DNA of 58,149 nucleotides from a virus (IMGVR_UViG_3300020470_000561:1-58149), one strand, 5' to 3'. Shown: positions 18,293-29,181, counted from the first letter of the stretch. Translations and numbers: made by a program. The notes: generated by a model from the letters alone, not told the origin.

Positions 18293-19123
18293 TTATGCGG
18301 TTCCTCTAAACACAAAGAAACTATAACTTGTTGATGAATACTGACCACCCCAGTAAAAATACTGTGAGGGACCAGATGAGTCACCAGCATGATAGTTTTC
18401 GCATCCATAACTATAACCTGAGTTGTTACTCAATCGAGGACCAGGTGAGTCACCGTTGACATCACCTATCATGTTACAACCCCAGACACCATCATCAGCA
18501 GAGAACCTGTTGTCCTGATAATATCCATTACTACCCTGCTGTCCATTATCTGAATAGTACGTCCTTGCACTACTACTACCTTCATCTCTTTCACTACCAT
18601 TAGCATTTATAGCAAATGTGTAGAGATTCCTCCATTGTACTGGATAGAATAGATTCTTCATTGAAGCGGTACTATAGTCACGATAAAAGTTAACTTGAAT
18701 ACCATAATAGGTATTATCTCGATAACCTACCATACCTAAGAAAGGTATACCATTATATGTTGGATTAGGAAAACCAGCAGAGTTTTCAATCTGGTTACCA
18801 CTTGCAAATTCTTGTCGATAGAAATAACCACCACCACTAATCGGGTTTTGTTGACCCATGGATTCTGCCATAGCACCGTATCTTGGTGTAGCAACTACCA
18901 TGAATTGATATTCCTGTATCCTATTAATGATACTACCGTAGTTATTATATGACCAACCTTGTCCTGCTAGTGATGAATTTAATAGAAGCATACGTCCATA
19001 TGCTCCCTGTGGACCACTTGGTCCTCCTCCACCACCAGTCGATCCATCACCACCCATACCACCAGTATGGGCCATACCCCTACCAGTTGGGACAAATATT
19101 GATTTAAAACCGAATGCCGACAT
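18293..19123 (-). CDS. putative virion/fibre-associated protein (Gly/Tyr/Asn-rich)
   Basis: Composition and position within the late fibre cluster. Confidence 0.55.
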   Translation of the reverse strand: MSAFGFKSIFVPTGRGMAHTGGMGGDGSTGGGGGPSGPQGAYGRMLLLNSSLAGQGWSYNNYGSIINRIQEYQFMVVATPRYGAMAESMGQQNPISGGGYFYRQEFASGNQIENSAGFPNPTYNGIPFLGMVGYRDNTYYGIQVNFYRDYSTASMKNLFYPVQWRNLYTFAINANGSERDEGSSSARTYYSDNGQQGSNGYYQDNRFSADDGVWGCNMIGDVNGDSPGPRLSNNSGYSYGCENYHAGDSSGPSQYFYWGGQYSSTSYSFFVFRGTA

Positions 19124-19125
19124 GG

Positions 19126-19989
19126 TTAACCTGCGTAGTTAACACCTGATGCAAATACAGTGTATGACTCACCAGTATCAGCATTTTCAGGTGGTTTATC
19201 AACTATACCGAAGGATACTACAATCAAAGTCTCATTATGTCCTGGTGGTGATCCTCCAGCCCAGTGTATACTATGTGATACACCGTTGATATTAAGTGCA
19301 CTTGGTATACCTGATCCACCAGCATTCTCTACTATAACTGTTATACCATATCCACAACCATTTGCTGGTACATCTGTCAGAGATAATGTCCAGTCTCCGT
19401 CAGATGATTTAACTACCCAAATAGTATTATTGTTATCAAAATCGTGGGAAACATTACCACTAGCATTATAATATGTGATACTCTCTTTCGTCTCTGAGAA
19501 ATGAAGTATACCTGTTGAGTTTATATCTACTGCTGTTACTGACGCTGCTTCAAAGTTAACATCACCATCACCTCCAATGATGTTCCATGATGCACCGTTT
19601 TCAATAGTTACTGTAAATCCGTTCGCAATCGTAATAGGACCTGCACTGAAACCGTTGGTAAATTCTACACCACCGTTAGCAACTGGACCTATTGTTAAAT
19701 TCTCTGATATTGTGGTACCATTAGTTCTGATTATACTATTCTCACCAACTGAAGGACCACCTCCACCTACGTCTGTCCAACCTGGCACACCTTGAGCAGC
19801 ATCTTGTTTATAAATCTGTGCCATGTCCTCCGTAGAGTTGTACACAATAGTACCATAGGCAGGTGCACCGAGTGCTGTTACTGCTGCTTGGTTAAGGGCT
19901 GGAAGATTCAGTTGCTCTGTTAACTGCAACGCCTCCATAATTGCTCTAGTTGTGGCATCAATCTGATTACCAATTATTTTGGTGGACAT
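19126..19989 (-). CDS. tail fibre-related virion protein
   Basis: IIRTNGTTISENLTI...NGFSAGPITI...VTIENGASWNI segment typical of marine phage fibres. Confidence 0.65.
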   Translation of the reverse strand: MSTKIIGNQIDATTRAIMEALQLTEQLNLPALNQAAVTALGAPAYGTIVYNSTEDMAQIYKQDAAQGVPGWTDVGGGGPSVGENSIIRTNGTTISENLTIGPVANGGVEFTNGFSAGPITIANGFTVTIENGASWNIIGGDGDVNFEAASVTAVDINSTGILHFSETKESITYYNASGNVSHDFDNNNTIWVVKSSDGDWTLSLTDVPANGCGYGITVIVENAGGSGIPSALNINGVSHSIHWAGGSPPGHNETLIVVSFGIVDKPPENADTGESYTVFASGVNYAG

Positions 19990-20013
19990 TAATCACCCTC
20001 CTTATAGTACTAT

Positions 20014-23000
20014 TTAGATGACCAATTCACGAATTTGAATGTTGTCTCCTGTCTGAGGTGTGGTACCAACTGAGAAGTCACATGCGTTAGATGAGACTGT
20101 ATAGTCAATTCCTGGTCTCTGACAGACACCATTTAAAAATACCATTAATGAATATGCTGTGTGTCCTGGAGATATAGCGAAGGAAGTTGTAATACCATCT
20201 CCTGCATACATCACCCCGTTATTTCCTAAGTTTACACCCGTAGCGAGTGAATACTTATCTGCACAACCATACTTACCAGTTACGTCAATATCACCAGTAA
20301 CTTTAACATTACCTGTAATCTTCATTCTATTGAGTGCATCTGGTGGTTCGCCAATACCATAATGTGTTACACCACTAAACCTACTAGAGGTTATTGGTGC
20401 AGTATCACTAAGACCAAACTTATACCAAACACCTGCATCATATATCCATCCCATAAACGTGCCTGGTGTCCAGTCTACGTTATATGCTATATCACCACTA
20501 TTATATGCTGCCCCTACCTCTGTTACTGGGTTACCAGTACCATCATCTTCAGCAAGGAAAGTATTTCTCAAAACAGTACCATCATCGTTAGATAAGGTAA
20601 AGTTTAGAGTCTGGAATATATCCTGAACCGTTACTTTCTTCTGGAATGTAACAGGACCAGAGAATACAGATTCCAACTGGTTAGATGCACCACCAATAAC
20701 AGTCAATTTATCGGTAAGCACAATCTCTGAGAAGGTTTCAATAGTGGTACCTTCCTCACCCAACACGTTAAGTTGAGCAATATCTTCGTTAGTGATCTGA
20801 CCTGTAACTGGGTTGATAACCTGGTTACCAACAAACAACTCACCATCACTGTTAACACCAGAGTAGTATGCAACACCTGCTGCTTCTTTCAGTGACTGTG
20901 ATAGTCTGACTGCTGCTGGCGTTAGTACTTCTACCTGTGTAGATGGGAATGCAGTTGAGTAGTTACCTGGACCAAATCCTAGGTATTCAAACGTGTGACC
21001 TGATGCTCTGAGGATTGAGTATCTTCGCAATTCACAGAGTATAGGTTGTACTGAGTTATCAGCATTCAACTTCAGTGCGATCTTACGATCTTCTGCATCA
21101 CCTAGTCGTGCTGTAACTGAGATACCATTCAATACGTTTGAAGTAGTATTATATCCTAAGTTGTTCTCTGTCTCTAGTAATAGGAACTGAGATGTTTCCT
21201 TAGTGATAGATCTTTGTGTGTCCTCATTAGGTGTAGGAGATGCACCGTCAGTAGTAGTAACAACTCCAAGAGTTTCGTTACTTGCTATGGATACTGAAGC
21301 GGTTGGGTCTGCTACTGGATTGTCTCTGTCAAATGCAGGGTAGAGGTCAACCGTTGCCTGTGAGAATGCAAACTCATTGAAGTTAGATGTTGATGGTGAC
21401 ACTGACGCATTAAGAATAGTCAGATAATAGATACCATCCGTCACACCTCTTTCAAATACTTGATGTGTTTCTACAGAATATATGTAATAGGTTTTACTAT
21501 ATGCTGGAGAGTTGGTTTCACTACTTCGTGGCTGAAGAACGAAACCAGTAATGGGCTGTCTTGGAACAGGGAATGCATCCTTGTCCAATACATAGCGATA
21601 CCTGTATAACCTATCAACCAAGTTTCTAGCATCGGGAATCCTTCTAATGAATGTGGTAGGTGTAAATCCTAGGTTCTGGTATAGTGACTGTGCCTGTAAT
21701 GTAGTATAGATGGTATTCTGTGCTCCATCTACTTGTATATACCACTGACTATTTGTAGCATCCCATTTAATTGGTGAATCATCATCACCTGCTCTAGTAC
21801 CTGTAACTGTGGTACCACTTGGGTTAATCTCAGCATAGTGTGTAGTAGGTTCAGACGCACCAGAGGCAATCAAGAGCACATATAGTCTATCAGGGGTATT
21901 AACATCATCCCTTCTAGCACCTACAGTATATCCTTGAATCTTACTTGGTGGTCGGCCTGTCTCTACCGTATAACCGTAGAGAAATAGTTTTGTTGGGTCT
22001 GCAACACTTCTTGTCTTTGTGATATCAATGGTCACCCAGTTGATAGATATCTCCTCGACATCATCTAATGATTTTGGTGGTATAACGTGAGTTAATTGTC
22101 CAGCTTTATCCTTCGTGAATGCTGCTGCTTTAAAGCCTTTAGATCGGAGAGAAGTGTTACCAAAGTTTGAGTTCGAGTTGGTAATCGAGAGGTCTCCTCC
22201 TGAGTCAGAGAAGAAATGATCCCCGAATCCAACTGCGAAGACCGAGACGACCTGAATGAATGCGTCGTTGGACGCTTTAATGTGTCTGTGTCTCCATCCT
22301 TTTCGGTATTTGGCGAGTCCATTAATGTGAGCACCAGATCCCGAAGCCTGGGGTTCATACGCCCCAGTAGTTTGGTTGTAAAGTACGAACGCTCTGTCAT
22401 CTTTCTGAAGCGATATACCCGTAAACTGGGCAACAACCATAGATTTGAATCCAGTTGCCTTTGCTCCATCTGCATGCATACCATTTATACCCCATACAGA
22501 TCGTAAGGAGTTGTTGAAGACGTATGGTGATGCAGAGTCAACTGTATCAATCTCGACCTTAACTAGGACGTTGTTACCTAGTGCGTTACCAGATGGCTCA
22601 GCAGACATCTGGTACGTAAATTGGTTTCCTTGTGCACTGGTTACCAAGAATGATCCATTATAGAGGAGAGCATCTTGGTCAGTAGGACCAGTAACACCAG
22701 ATATATTAACAGCGACACCCACGGAGAATCCATGATTCTTCGGGTTGCCAAGCTCATCGACTGTAAATGCTGTTGCAGTTTGTCCATTTCTTATGATCTG
22801 TGATACAGCAAATTCATCAGAAATTGGACCAACGATTCTGTTTTCTTCAACCCTTGGTTGCATCTGGTCTTGTGAGATGATACCAGAGGTGTCAGGGATA
22901 ACTGCGTATCCTTTTGAAATCTTTTGATAGTATAACTCTAAGTCTGGTACATCAGCAAACTCAAAGCAAGTCAGTTTATGATGTGAGAAGTTTGGTGCTA

Positions 23001-23586
23001 TCTGTGATAGGTCATCACGATAGTATACACCAGTGTTATCTCCATCAAAGAATGACATCTGCCAGAAATAACAACCACCAGTGAGTTTGAATATAGCAGA
23101 CTCAACTGGTTCGTTAGCAGCAGTGATACCTAGGGATCCTTGTACTGTTGGATACGGTACATACTTAGGTACAATCTTAGTTCTTCTGAGGTCGGATCCC
23201 ACGACTGAACAACCTCTGGGTACGACAACGCCACCAGAAGTTGAATTGAACTTATGAAGCTCGTTACTAGGGGATGTGAGGTCAAAGTTAGTATTCTCAT
23301 TAAATGGTTGAATCTGATTATAATCAGCTAAACCAGGTCTATTATCTATCACATACTCGGATGGATAGAGGTAGATAGAGAAAGCATCAAACTCGTCGTT
23401 TGATAGACCCACTCTATATGAAAATCTTGCTACTTCTAGGAATGCACGTTGTAACGTCTTAAACGGACGCAAAGCAGAGTTACCTCGGTTATCATATGCA
23501 TCCGATGCATCAAAATCGTCGGGGTTGACGTATATAATACGTCCAGTCCTCGACGTAATGATATTTTTAAGACGAGTTAGTGCCAT
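20014..23586 (-). CDS. large virion structural protein (fibre/baseplate-associated, beta-helix-like)
   Basis: RPFKTLQRAFLE N-terminus and C-terminal GDG.TT.F...VFLNGV.Q.P..DY domain; late promoter at 23609. Confidence 0.75.
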   Translation of the reverse strand: MALTRLKNIITSRTGRIIYVNPDDFDASDAYDNRGNSALRPFKTLQRAFLEVARFSYRVGLSNDEFDAFSIYLYPSEYVIDNRPGLADYNQIQPFNENTNFDLTSPSNELHKFNSTSGGVVVPRGCSVVGSDLRRTKIVPKYVPYPTVQGSLGITAANEPVESAIFKLTGGCYFWQMSFFDGDNTGVYYRDDLSQIAPNFSHHKLTCFEFADVPDLELYYQKISKGYAVIPDTSGIISQDQMQPRVEENRIVGPISDEFAVSQIIRNGQTATAFTVDELGNPKNHGFSVGVAVNISGVTGPTDQDALLYNGSFLVTSAQGNQFTYQMSAEPSGNALGNNVLVKVEIDTVDSASPYVFNNSLRSVWGINGMHADGAKATGFKSMVVAQFTGISLQKDDRAFVLYNQTTGAYEPQASGSGAHINGLAKYRKGWRHRHIKASNDAFIQVVSVFAVGFGDHFFSDSGGDLSITNSNSNFGNTSLRSKGFKAAAFTKDKAGQLTHVIPPKSLDDVEEISINWVTIDITKTRSVADPTKLFLYGYTVETGRPPSKIQGYTVGARRDDVNTPDRLYVLLIASGASEPTTHYAEINPSGTTVTGTRAGDDDSPIKWDATNSQWYIQVDGAQNTIYTTLQAQSLYQNLGFTPTTFIRRIPDARNLVDRLYRYRYVLDKDAFPVPRQPITGFVLQPRSSETNSPAYSKTYYIYSVETHQVFERGVTDGIYYLTILNASVSPSTSNFNEFAFSQATVDLYPAFDRDNPVADPTASVSIASNETLGVVTTTDGASPTPNEDTQRSITKETSQFLLLETENNLGYNTTSNVLNGISVTARLGDAEDRKIALKLNADNSVQPILCELRRYSILRASGHTFEYLGFGPGNYSTAFPSTQVEVLTPAAVRLSQSLKEAAGVAYYSGVNSDGELFVGNQVINPVTGQITNEDIAQLNVLGEEGTTIETFSEIVLTDKLTVIGGASNQLESVFSGPVTFQKKVTVQDIFQTLNFTLSNDDGTVLRNTFLAEDDGTGNPVTEVGAAYNSGDIAYNVDWTPGTFMGWIYDAGVWYKFGLSDTAPITSSRFSGVTHYGIGEPPDALNRMKITGNVKVTGDIDVTGKYGCADKYSLATGVNLGNNGVMYAGDGITTSFAISPGHTAYSLMVFLNGVCQRPGIDYTVSSNACDFSVGTTPQTGDNIQIRELVI

Positions 23587-23613
23587 TCTTTTAGAATCCT
23601 ATATTGTTATTTA

Positions 23614-25812
23614 TTAGGCTGCTCCACCGCCACCTGCACTAGAGCTCACTTTCGTCATGTTAACCACAGGGAAGTCATCGGACTGTGTTTCAAATCCATT
23701 AACTGAATAACTAATGTCTGCTGCACTAGAATATACAAGTAAATTCTGTCCAGGTCCAACTATAATAGATGTATTCTTATCAGTTGTATTTGCAGCAAGT
23801 GCTTTATCGTAGAATAGATAATCTTCTCCATCATATATTCCTGTCTGAGGTGTGGTCACACCTGTGCTAATTGTTGCAACATCAAATGTTAATGCAGCAC
23901 CTCCACCACCACCTAGTTGTGCATCATTAATGGTGAGTGTATCAGATACAGCATGTCCAAATCCACCATCGATGACAGTGATAGTTGCTGCTCCAGATCC
24001 ATCAACTACAACAGTAAACTTAGAAGTCGTTAGATCTCCAGATCCACCTGTTGAGTTGGGTGAAATGCTTGCATAGGTACCAGCACTACGAGAGGCATCA
24101 GCACCACCGATATTATTCAGTGTCAATGCTTTACCAGTCCTAACTGTAGTCATGGTACGTGTGCCATTATTTAATGTAGGTGAATCATAGAATGAATCAT
24201 CTGCTGCAAATGCAGTTGATCCTACACCTAATGATACTTTCAAATGACATTGATCAGCATCATATGACTGGACATATCCAAATGCTCCAGGTGTAACACC
24301 ATTTGCTTGGACAGTCTGAGTGATCTGGTTAATAGTAAAGGTGTCTCCTTGTACTATAGTCTCACCAGATACATCATAGATGTATATCTCTTCATAAGAA
24401 GGAGTGGTATCTGTGTTTGCTTGGAAACCAATACCAGTAGTTGATCCAGCAGGTGTGCCATCTGCATATGCAAATAGTGACGTTGCGGTATTCTCTGTCA
24501 CCTCAATAGATGTATATGCTCCAGCAGTGCCAGCAGTACCTACCTTACTGACTCCAGCAGTATACTCAGTACCTGTTCCGTTAGTACCTTCAGCATCATC
24601 TGCTGAGAATTTTAATGGATAGTTATTACAAGAAGCATCACTTAGATCCCACTTATAAGTCCTGTCTATCTGTATCTGTTGAATGCCATTGTATAGATGG
24701 TCAGTAGCAGATGGTCCAGTTGAAGTAGTAAGATACTTAGTAACGATAGTAGCAGCAGAACTGACACTAAAGTTTAGAGATGCAGATGCATTGGACTGTG
24801 CTCCAGTAATTGTTTCACCTTCTGTGAAATAGTTTAGGAGATATAATCCATTGTCTGTTAATAGAGTTACACCAACACCATTGTTATGGTCAACGTCAGC
24901 AGTACCATAACGTCCTCTCTCTACAGTGAGGTCATTACCTGCGACATCAGTAATTGCTAGTAACTCATTATCAATCTTTATGATACCACCAGTAATGAAT
25001 CCAGTAGAGTCTACAACTGTTAATGTGCCATCACCTGCAACATAAGTACCACCTTCATCAATAGTGGTTGTAGTTGCCGATTCAGACCAAGCATTTACTG
25101 CGGTACCTGCTTTGATAGCAACAGCAGTAGTGCCTAGTGCACCTCTAGTGATTGTTAATTCATTAGTGGAAGTGTTAATACCACCAGCATTGATAGTTGC
25201 AATTTCAGTATCAGCAGATGCAGCAGGACCAATGTTGATATACATCCCGTCAGCAAGACCCGTATTACGAGAGATACTAACTGAAGTGGCGTTTGATGCT
25301 GCGTCGGTATACTGTAACCATGTCTGAGTAGTACCAACGATACCTCTGAATATAGCAGTAAAACTTGAAGTTGATCCTGTTAGTGTCTCACCCCCTGTAA
25401 ATGTACCTGCAAGTGAGTCAGCACCTAAGTCGGTCTGACTAATTTCTTTAACTATGGTATAAAGATTAACGTCTGAAGTAGGTTTGAATACATCAAGTAT
25501 CTTTGCCTTTGCGTTATTAGTTGTAGTAAACTCAGTACCTGGAATCGCTTCCGAATATTGGAATCCTGGTTGTAACTGAATCTTATAAGCGGTAATAGGA
25601 TTACCCTTTGCAAACTTATAAGCGGATTGGTTTAAACCATCCAAGTGAAGGACTTGATCGTAGTCCCTGAGAGCAGCCCTATACGTTACACCTGATCCAG
25701 ATTGATTGCACACATTCAAGACTGTGCTACCACTGAGTGTCGGTGGACACGAATATAAAACTGTATTTGTTGTTGCTCCTGGTTTGTCAGCAGCTAGTCT
25801 TCCTGCGGTCAT
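23614..25812 (-). CDS. virion structural protein
   Basis: Thr/Gly-rich beta repeats (IKIDNE..LTVERG..GT); late cluster. Confidence 0.7.
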   Translation of the reverse strand: MTAGRLAADKPGATTNTVLYSCPPTLSGSTVLNVCNQSGSGVTYRAALRDYDQVLHLDGLNQSAYKFAKGNPITAYKIQLQPGFQYSEAIPGTEFTTTNNAKAKILDVFKPTSDVNLYTIVKEISQTDLGADSLAGTFTGGETLTGSTSSFTAIFRGIVGTTQTWLQYTDAASNATSVSISRNTGLADGMYINIGPAASADTEIATINAGGINTSTNELTITRGALGTTAVAIKAGTAVNAWSESATTTTIDEGGTYVAGDGTLTVVDSTGFITGGIIKIDNELLAITDVAGNDLTVERGRYGTADVDHNNGVGVTLLTDNGLYLLNYFTEGETITGAQSNASASLNFSVSSAATIVTKYLTTSTGPSATDHLYNGIQQIQIDRTYKWDLSDASCNNYPLKFSADDAEGTNGTGTEYTAGVSKVGTAGTAGAYTSIEVTENTATSLFAYADGTPAGSTTGIGFQANTDTTPSYEEIYIYDVSGETIVQGDTFTINQITQTVQANGVTPGAFGYVQSYDADQCHLKVSLGVGSTAFAADDSFYDSPTLNNGTRTMTTVRTGKALTLNNIGGADASRSAGTYASISPNSTGGSGDLTTSKFTVVVDGSGAATITVIDGGFGHAVSDTLTINDAQLGGGGGAALTFDVATISTGVTTPQTGIYDGEDYLFYDKALAANTTDKNTSIIVGPGQNLLVYSSAADISYSVNGFETQSDDFPVVNMTKVSSSAGGGGAA

Positions 25813-25819
25813 TGTTTAC

Positions 25820-27163
25820 TTACCATCCTGACATAAAGTGTTGTTGTAGTCTAATTTGCCCACCTAGGACAGGTGCTGCGAGTGCTCCACCGAAACTAAT
25901 AGCAACATCACTAATGTTATTAGTTGAAAGTAGCGTTGCATCGGCATTTGGGAATTGAATTGATACCCCATCTGTAATATTAGACATGTCAAGGGTCACT
26001 AAACCGTTGACGTTATCTGGGTTATTTATCTTCATCAATTCCATCGTCTTATTGTAGAGGAATTGAGTCTTCCTCTCAGCGACGAGGACGTTTGACGCTG
26101 TACCATTATTTAATGGTGCAGCAGGATCATCATCTGGGAAACTAAACTGATAAGTCTTGTTATCCTCGATATTTGATAGATCAAACTGTATCTTACGACC
26201 TAGACCATCAGCAGGGTCGGTATCGCAGAATACTGCTCCTTTGTAAACCTTATTCTCAATAGTCTGAGACGATGCCTCACCAACAACCTTTATATTAAGG
26301 TCTGGCCATGTAACTTGTCTATCCTGTGTGAGTTCTGATGAATCAAAGATTACGTACTTCGTAGGATTGTTCTCATCATCGGAAGGTGTATTAGAGAATG
26401 TGGGGTTAACCATATTCTTATTGAAGACATTCTGATTAGAAATGTCATCAAGGAGTGTAGATTGTGTTTGTGCTGCTCCGAAGTCTGGTAACTTATATGT
26501 GTGTGCACCAGGTGATTCCCATGCGTCGCACTCAAACTTAGCGATCTTTGCGGTATCTGTGGTACCTGTGATCTGTAACTCAGCATCCTTAATAAGGATA
26601 GTCTTGTTAGTTAGAGTTTGGAATGTGTCGTTAGCAACTAGAGTAGTGCTGGTGTTTGTCCCTACGTTAGGTAAATCAAAACGTCTTGTCCCTGACTGTG
26701 TAGAAATAGTATCTACGTTAAAATGTGCTCTCTTAGCAGGGTTTTGGTCACCCTGTAGATAAAATTGCACGTCAGTCTGGATAATAGGTCCAGCGACTGT
26801 GAAATAACCACTACCTTGAGGGGTCATTTCGATACTTGATGTAGCTGATGCAGTATCAATCGCTCTGATTAACAGAGTAGATGATCCATCAGTGTTTTCC
26901 CTTCTACTATTATAGAACGCAGCAGTACCAAAAGTTAGACCAATTTCATTGATCGCACTTTGATACACTCCAGAATCTCGGTCAAGGTCAAAAGCTAGTC
27001 CTGGTGCAGTCTGACTACCTGCACTAAGTCCACGGAAAAGCTGGTTAATCTTCGCTTTTCTATTAGGTATTAGAGGGTCAGAGATAACAATAGGAAGAAT
27101 AGCTTCGCCAGTTACCAGATCATTAGAGATTGTTTCTAACTGGGATATTCTTTTAGTTGCCAC
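25820..27163 (-). CDS. virion structural/tail fibre protein (GTG start)
   Basis: KRISQL N-terminus, GS..APGLAF..D.DSG and repeated QTLTNKT-type fibre motifs; TATAAATA at 27191-27198. Confidence 0.7.
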   Translation of the reverse strand: MATKRISQLETISNDLVTGEAILPIVISDPLIPNRKAKINQLFRGLSAGSQTAPGLAFDLDRDSGVYQSAINEIGLTFGTAAFYNSRRENTDGSSTLLIRAIDTASATSSIEMTPQGSGYFTVAGPIIQTDVQFYLQGDQNPAKRAHFNVDTISTQSGTRRFDLPNVGTNTSTTLVANDTFQTLTNKTILIKDAELQITGTTDTAKIAKFECDAWESPGAHTYKLPDFGAAQTQSTLLDDISNQNVFNKNMVNPTFSNTPSDDENNPTKYVIFDSSELTQDRQVTWPDLNIKVVGEASSQTIENKVYKGAVFCDTDPADGLGRKIQFDLSNIEDNKTYQFSFPDDDPAAPLNNGTASNVLVAERKTQFLYNKTMELMKINNPDNVNGLVTLDMSNITDGVSIQFPNADATLLSTNNISDVAISFGGALAAPVLGGQIRLQQHFMSGW

Positions 27164-27189
27164 AGAATTTCAACACAATTCTTACAGTT

Positions 27190-27354
27190 TTATTTATAAC
27201 CGTTATCAACCTGTCTATCTTTATTGCGTATTATTATACGATCTTTGGCGTAATCTACTGAGAAATCAAGTTCGTCATCAGGATCCCACATGAGTTCCTC
27301 ATACATTGCGTTCAACTTGTCCATGTCTTCCCATAATTGGTTTGGATTAGGCAT
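27190..27354 (-). CDS. small hypothetical protein (54 aa, MPNPNQLWEDMDKLNAMYEELMWDPDDELDF...), possibly AbrB-like
   Basis: Translated by hand; AGGAG RBS; L.W...DEL.F motif. Confidence 0.75.
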   Translation of the reverse strand: MPNPNQLWEDMDKLNAMYEELMWDPDDELDFSVDYAKDRIIIRNKDRQVDNGYK

Positions 27355-27382
27355 ATTCTCCTAGGCAATAATATTTGTAAAT

Positions 27383-27427
27383 TGTATCAGTGATTACACA
27401 CATAAACCTTATAAATAGTGGTAGAAT
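27383..27427 (+). promoter_or_regulatory. NtcA-type palindrome TGTA-N8-TACA, late box TATAAATA and extended -10 TGGTAGAAT
   Basis: tGTAtcagtgatTACa at 27383-27398; TATAAATA 27410-27417; TAGAAT 27422-27427. Confidence 0.6.
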
Positions 27428-27485
27428 TGGGGAATATAAATGAGTTAAAACTTATTTATTATGTTTTCAAATCTAGGGAGATACC

Positions 27486-27647
27486 ATGATCAATATGCCA
27501 CAAAATCAATTAGCTGAGTGGAAGCACTTTAAGGATGACCGTTGCCTATCAACACCACAAGACGAATTAATCGATGATTACTTCGCTTGCATGCTTCAGA
27601 GTAACGGCAAAGAAGAGGAAAGGATATGTCAAGATCTTCTTTGTTAG
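27486..27647 (+). CDS. small Cys-containing protein (53 aa, MINMPQNQLAEW...DDYFAC...RICQDLLC)
   Basis: Translated by hand; GGGAG RBS, own promoter and terminator; NQLxxW and DYFxC motifs. Confidence 0.8.
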   Translation: MINMPQNQLAEWKHFKDDRCLSTPQDELIDDYFACMLQSNGKEEERICQDLLC

Positions 27648-27698
27648 ATCCAAAAGTGTTTCAAACTTTTCCACACTAAACGAGTGGCTCTGGTATCT

Positions 27699-27724
27699 TC
27701 CCCCTTTTATAGGGGGATTTTTTT
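27699..27724 (+). terminator. rho-independent terminator
   Basis: TCCCCCT-TTTAT-AGGGGGA followed by T7, between convergent genes. Confidence 0.85.
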
Positions 27725-27729
27725 ATGTA

Positions 27730-27921
27730 CTAATAGAATCTAGGTTGGTTGATTTCTACTTCAATAGTATCAAACAATCTATTCAAAGAATTTGCAAACT
27801 GTCTATATCCTGATCCAACGTATAATTGACCAATGAATACTGATACTGTGGCAGCACCCCAGAAGATATAATAAAACCTACTCTTCACTTGTGCTCTTCT
27901 TTTCTCTGTCTTTAGTGTCAT
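27730..27921 (-). CDS. small membrane protein
   Basis: Hydrophobic segment FYYIFWGAATVSVFIGQLYVG; own promoter. Confidence 0.75.
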   Translation of the reverse strand: MTLKTEKRRAQVKSRFYYIFWGAATVSVFIGQLYVGSGYRQFANSLNRLFDTIEVEINQPRFY

Positions 27922-27941
27922 CTGTTCTCATATTTTGGACT

Positions 27942-27969
27942 ATTCTATCATAGTCTGACGCACTGTCAA
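27942..27969 (-). promoter_or_regulatory. sigma70-type promoter TTGACA-N16-TAGAAT
   Basis: Consensus -35 and extended -10. Confidence 0.6.
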
Positions 27970-28001
27970 GCAGTGCCTTTTTTAGATCTTCGTAACTCCA
28001 T

Positions 28002-28469
28002 TTAATCTCTTCCATAGGTTGAAAAACTTAATGAACATCGAGGTCCATGATTAAAAGGATGATGATAAACATAGGAAGGTATGAAGATAGCATCTCCAGG
28101 TTCCAGTCTATGACACACTCCTGTGTCAAATTTATAGGATGTCTCCCCTATTGCTTGTACAATAAAAACATCCATATCATCATTATGTCGGCCAAATGTA
28201 TCTGATAACTTAGAAAAAGAAATATAGGTATGCATACAAGTCATACCTATATCCTCTCTCACTGCTTCATATATCGGACGTATATTCTCAGGGATATAAC
28301 GTCCAGTGCCAACTATTACTGGTAAAATTTCATCGGGGTACTTATCATTAGAATATCCCCAATCACCATCTAAAACATCTTCATCGAGCTTGTTGATAAC
28401 ATCATCCCATGTCACATCAGGAATGGGATAATATTGTTTAATAAATTCAACTCCCTCTTCAGAAAGCAT
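28002..28469 (-). CDS. JmjC/cupin-family oxygenase
   Basis: FGRHNDDMDVFIVQAIG and LEPGDAIFIPSYVYH. Confidence 0.85.
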   Translation of the reverse strand: MLSEEGVEFIKQYYPIPDVTWDDVINKLDEDVLDGDWGYSNDKYPDEILPVIVGTGRYIPENIRPIYEAVREDIGMTCMHTYISFSKLSDTFGRHNDDMDVFIVQAIGETSYKFDTGVCHRLEPGDAIFIPSYVYHHPFNHGPRCSLSFSTYGRD

Positions 28470-29181
28470 CTAGATCTCCACCATGTCTTACTTGTTGTGC
28501 AATAGCAGGTGGTTCAAACACCTGTCTCTGTGCAATTTGTGCTTGCACTTCTGCCCAATCTTCATCAAATTTATCTAATCCAGCATCAGTAAGGACATGC
28601 TTATACATGTTACCTAAGATCTTAGGTGGCATAGTAACAACATGTGCACCATTCCAGAATGCTCTAGTTACTTTATATGCATCACGAATAGATGCAGCAA
28701 GTATCTGTGTAGGTACATTCTGTACTTTATATACTTCTGCTATTGATCTGATAACCTCCAACCCAGCAACGCTATTGTCGTCCAACCTCCCAATAAAAGG
28801 AGAGACGTACGTAGCACCTGCCTTTGAAGATAGGATAGCCTGAGCAGCATTGAATATAAGCGTAACATTAACTTTAATTCCATCCTCCGATAGTAATTTA
28901 CATGCAGCGAGTCCTCCTCGTGTGCATGGTACTTTAATTGTAGCGACATCTCCAAACTTTTGAGCTAAACGACGACCCTCGCTTAACATTTCGTCACCAG
29001 TCCCTACAACCTCCATAGAGATATCTTGTAGACCAATGTCTGCTAACTCAGAATAGACATCCTCTGGATCTCTACCTGATTTCATAATAAGTGTAGGGTT
29101 TGTAGTGACCCCATCAACTAGACCTGTCGCAAAGTACTCTCTAATAACAGATGTCTCGGCAGTATCTAAAAATATTCTCAT
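28459..29181 (-). CDS. talC: transaldolase (TalC/MipB family)
   Basis: IFLDTA, GVTTNPTL, Schiff-base Lys in TIKVP, NVTLIF, YVSPFIGRLDD, LAASIR. Confidence 0.96.
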   Translation of the reverse strand: MRIFLDTAETSVIREYFATGLVDGVTTNPTLIMKSGRDPEDVYSELADIGLQDISMEVVGTGDEMLSEGRRLAQKFGDVATIKVPCTRGGLAACKLLSEDGIKVNVTLIFNAAQAILSSKAGATYVSPFIGRLDDNSVAGLEVIRSIAEVYKVQNVPTQILAASIRDAYKVTRAFWNGAHVVTMPPKILGNMYKHVLTDAGLDKFDEDWAEVQAQIAQRQVFEPPAIAQQVRHGGDLDAF

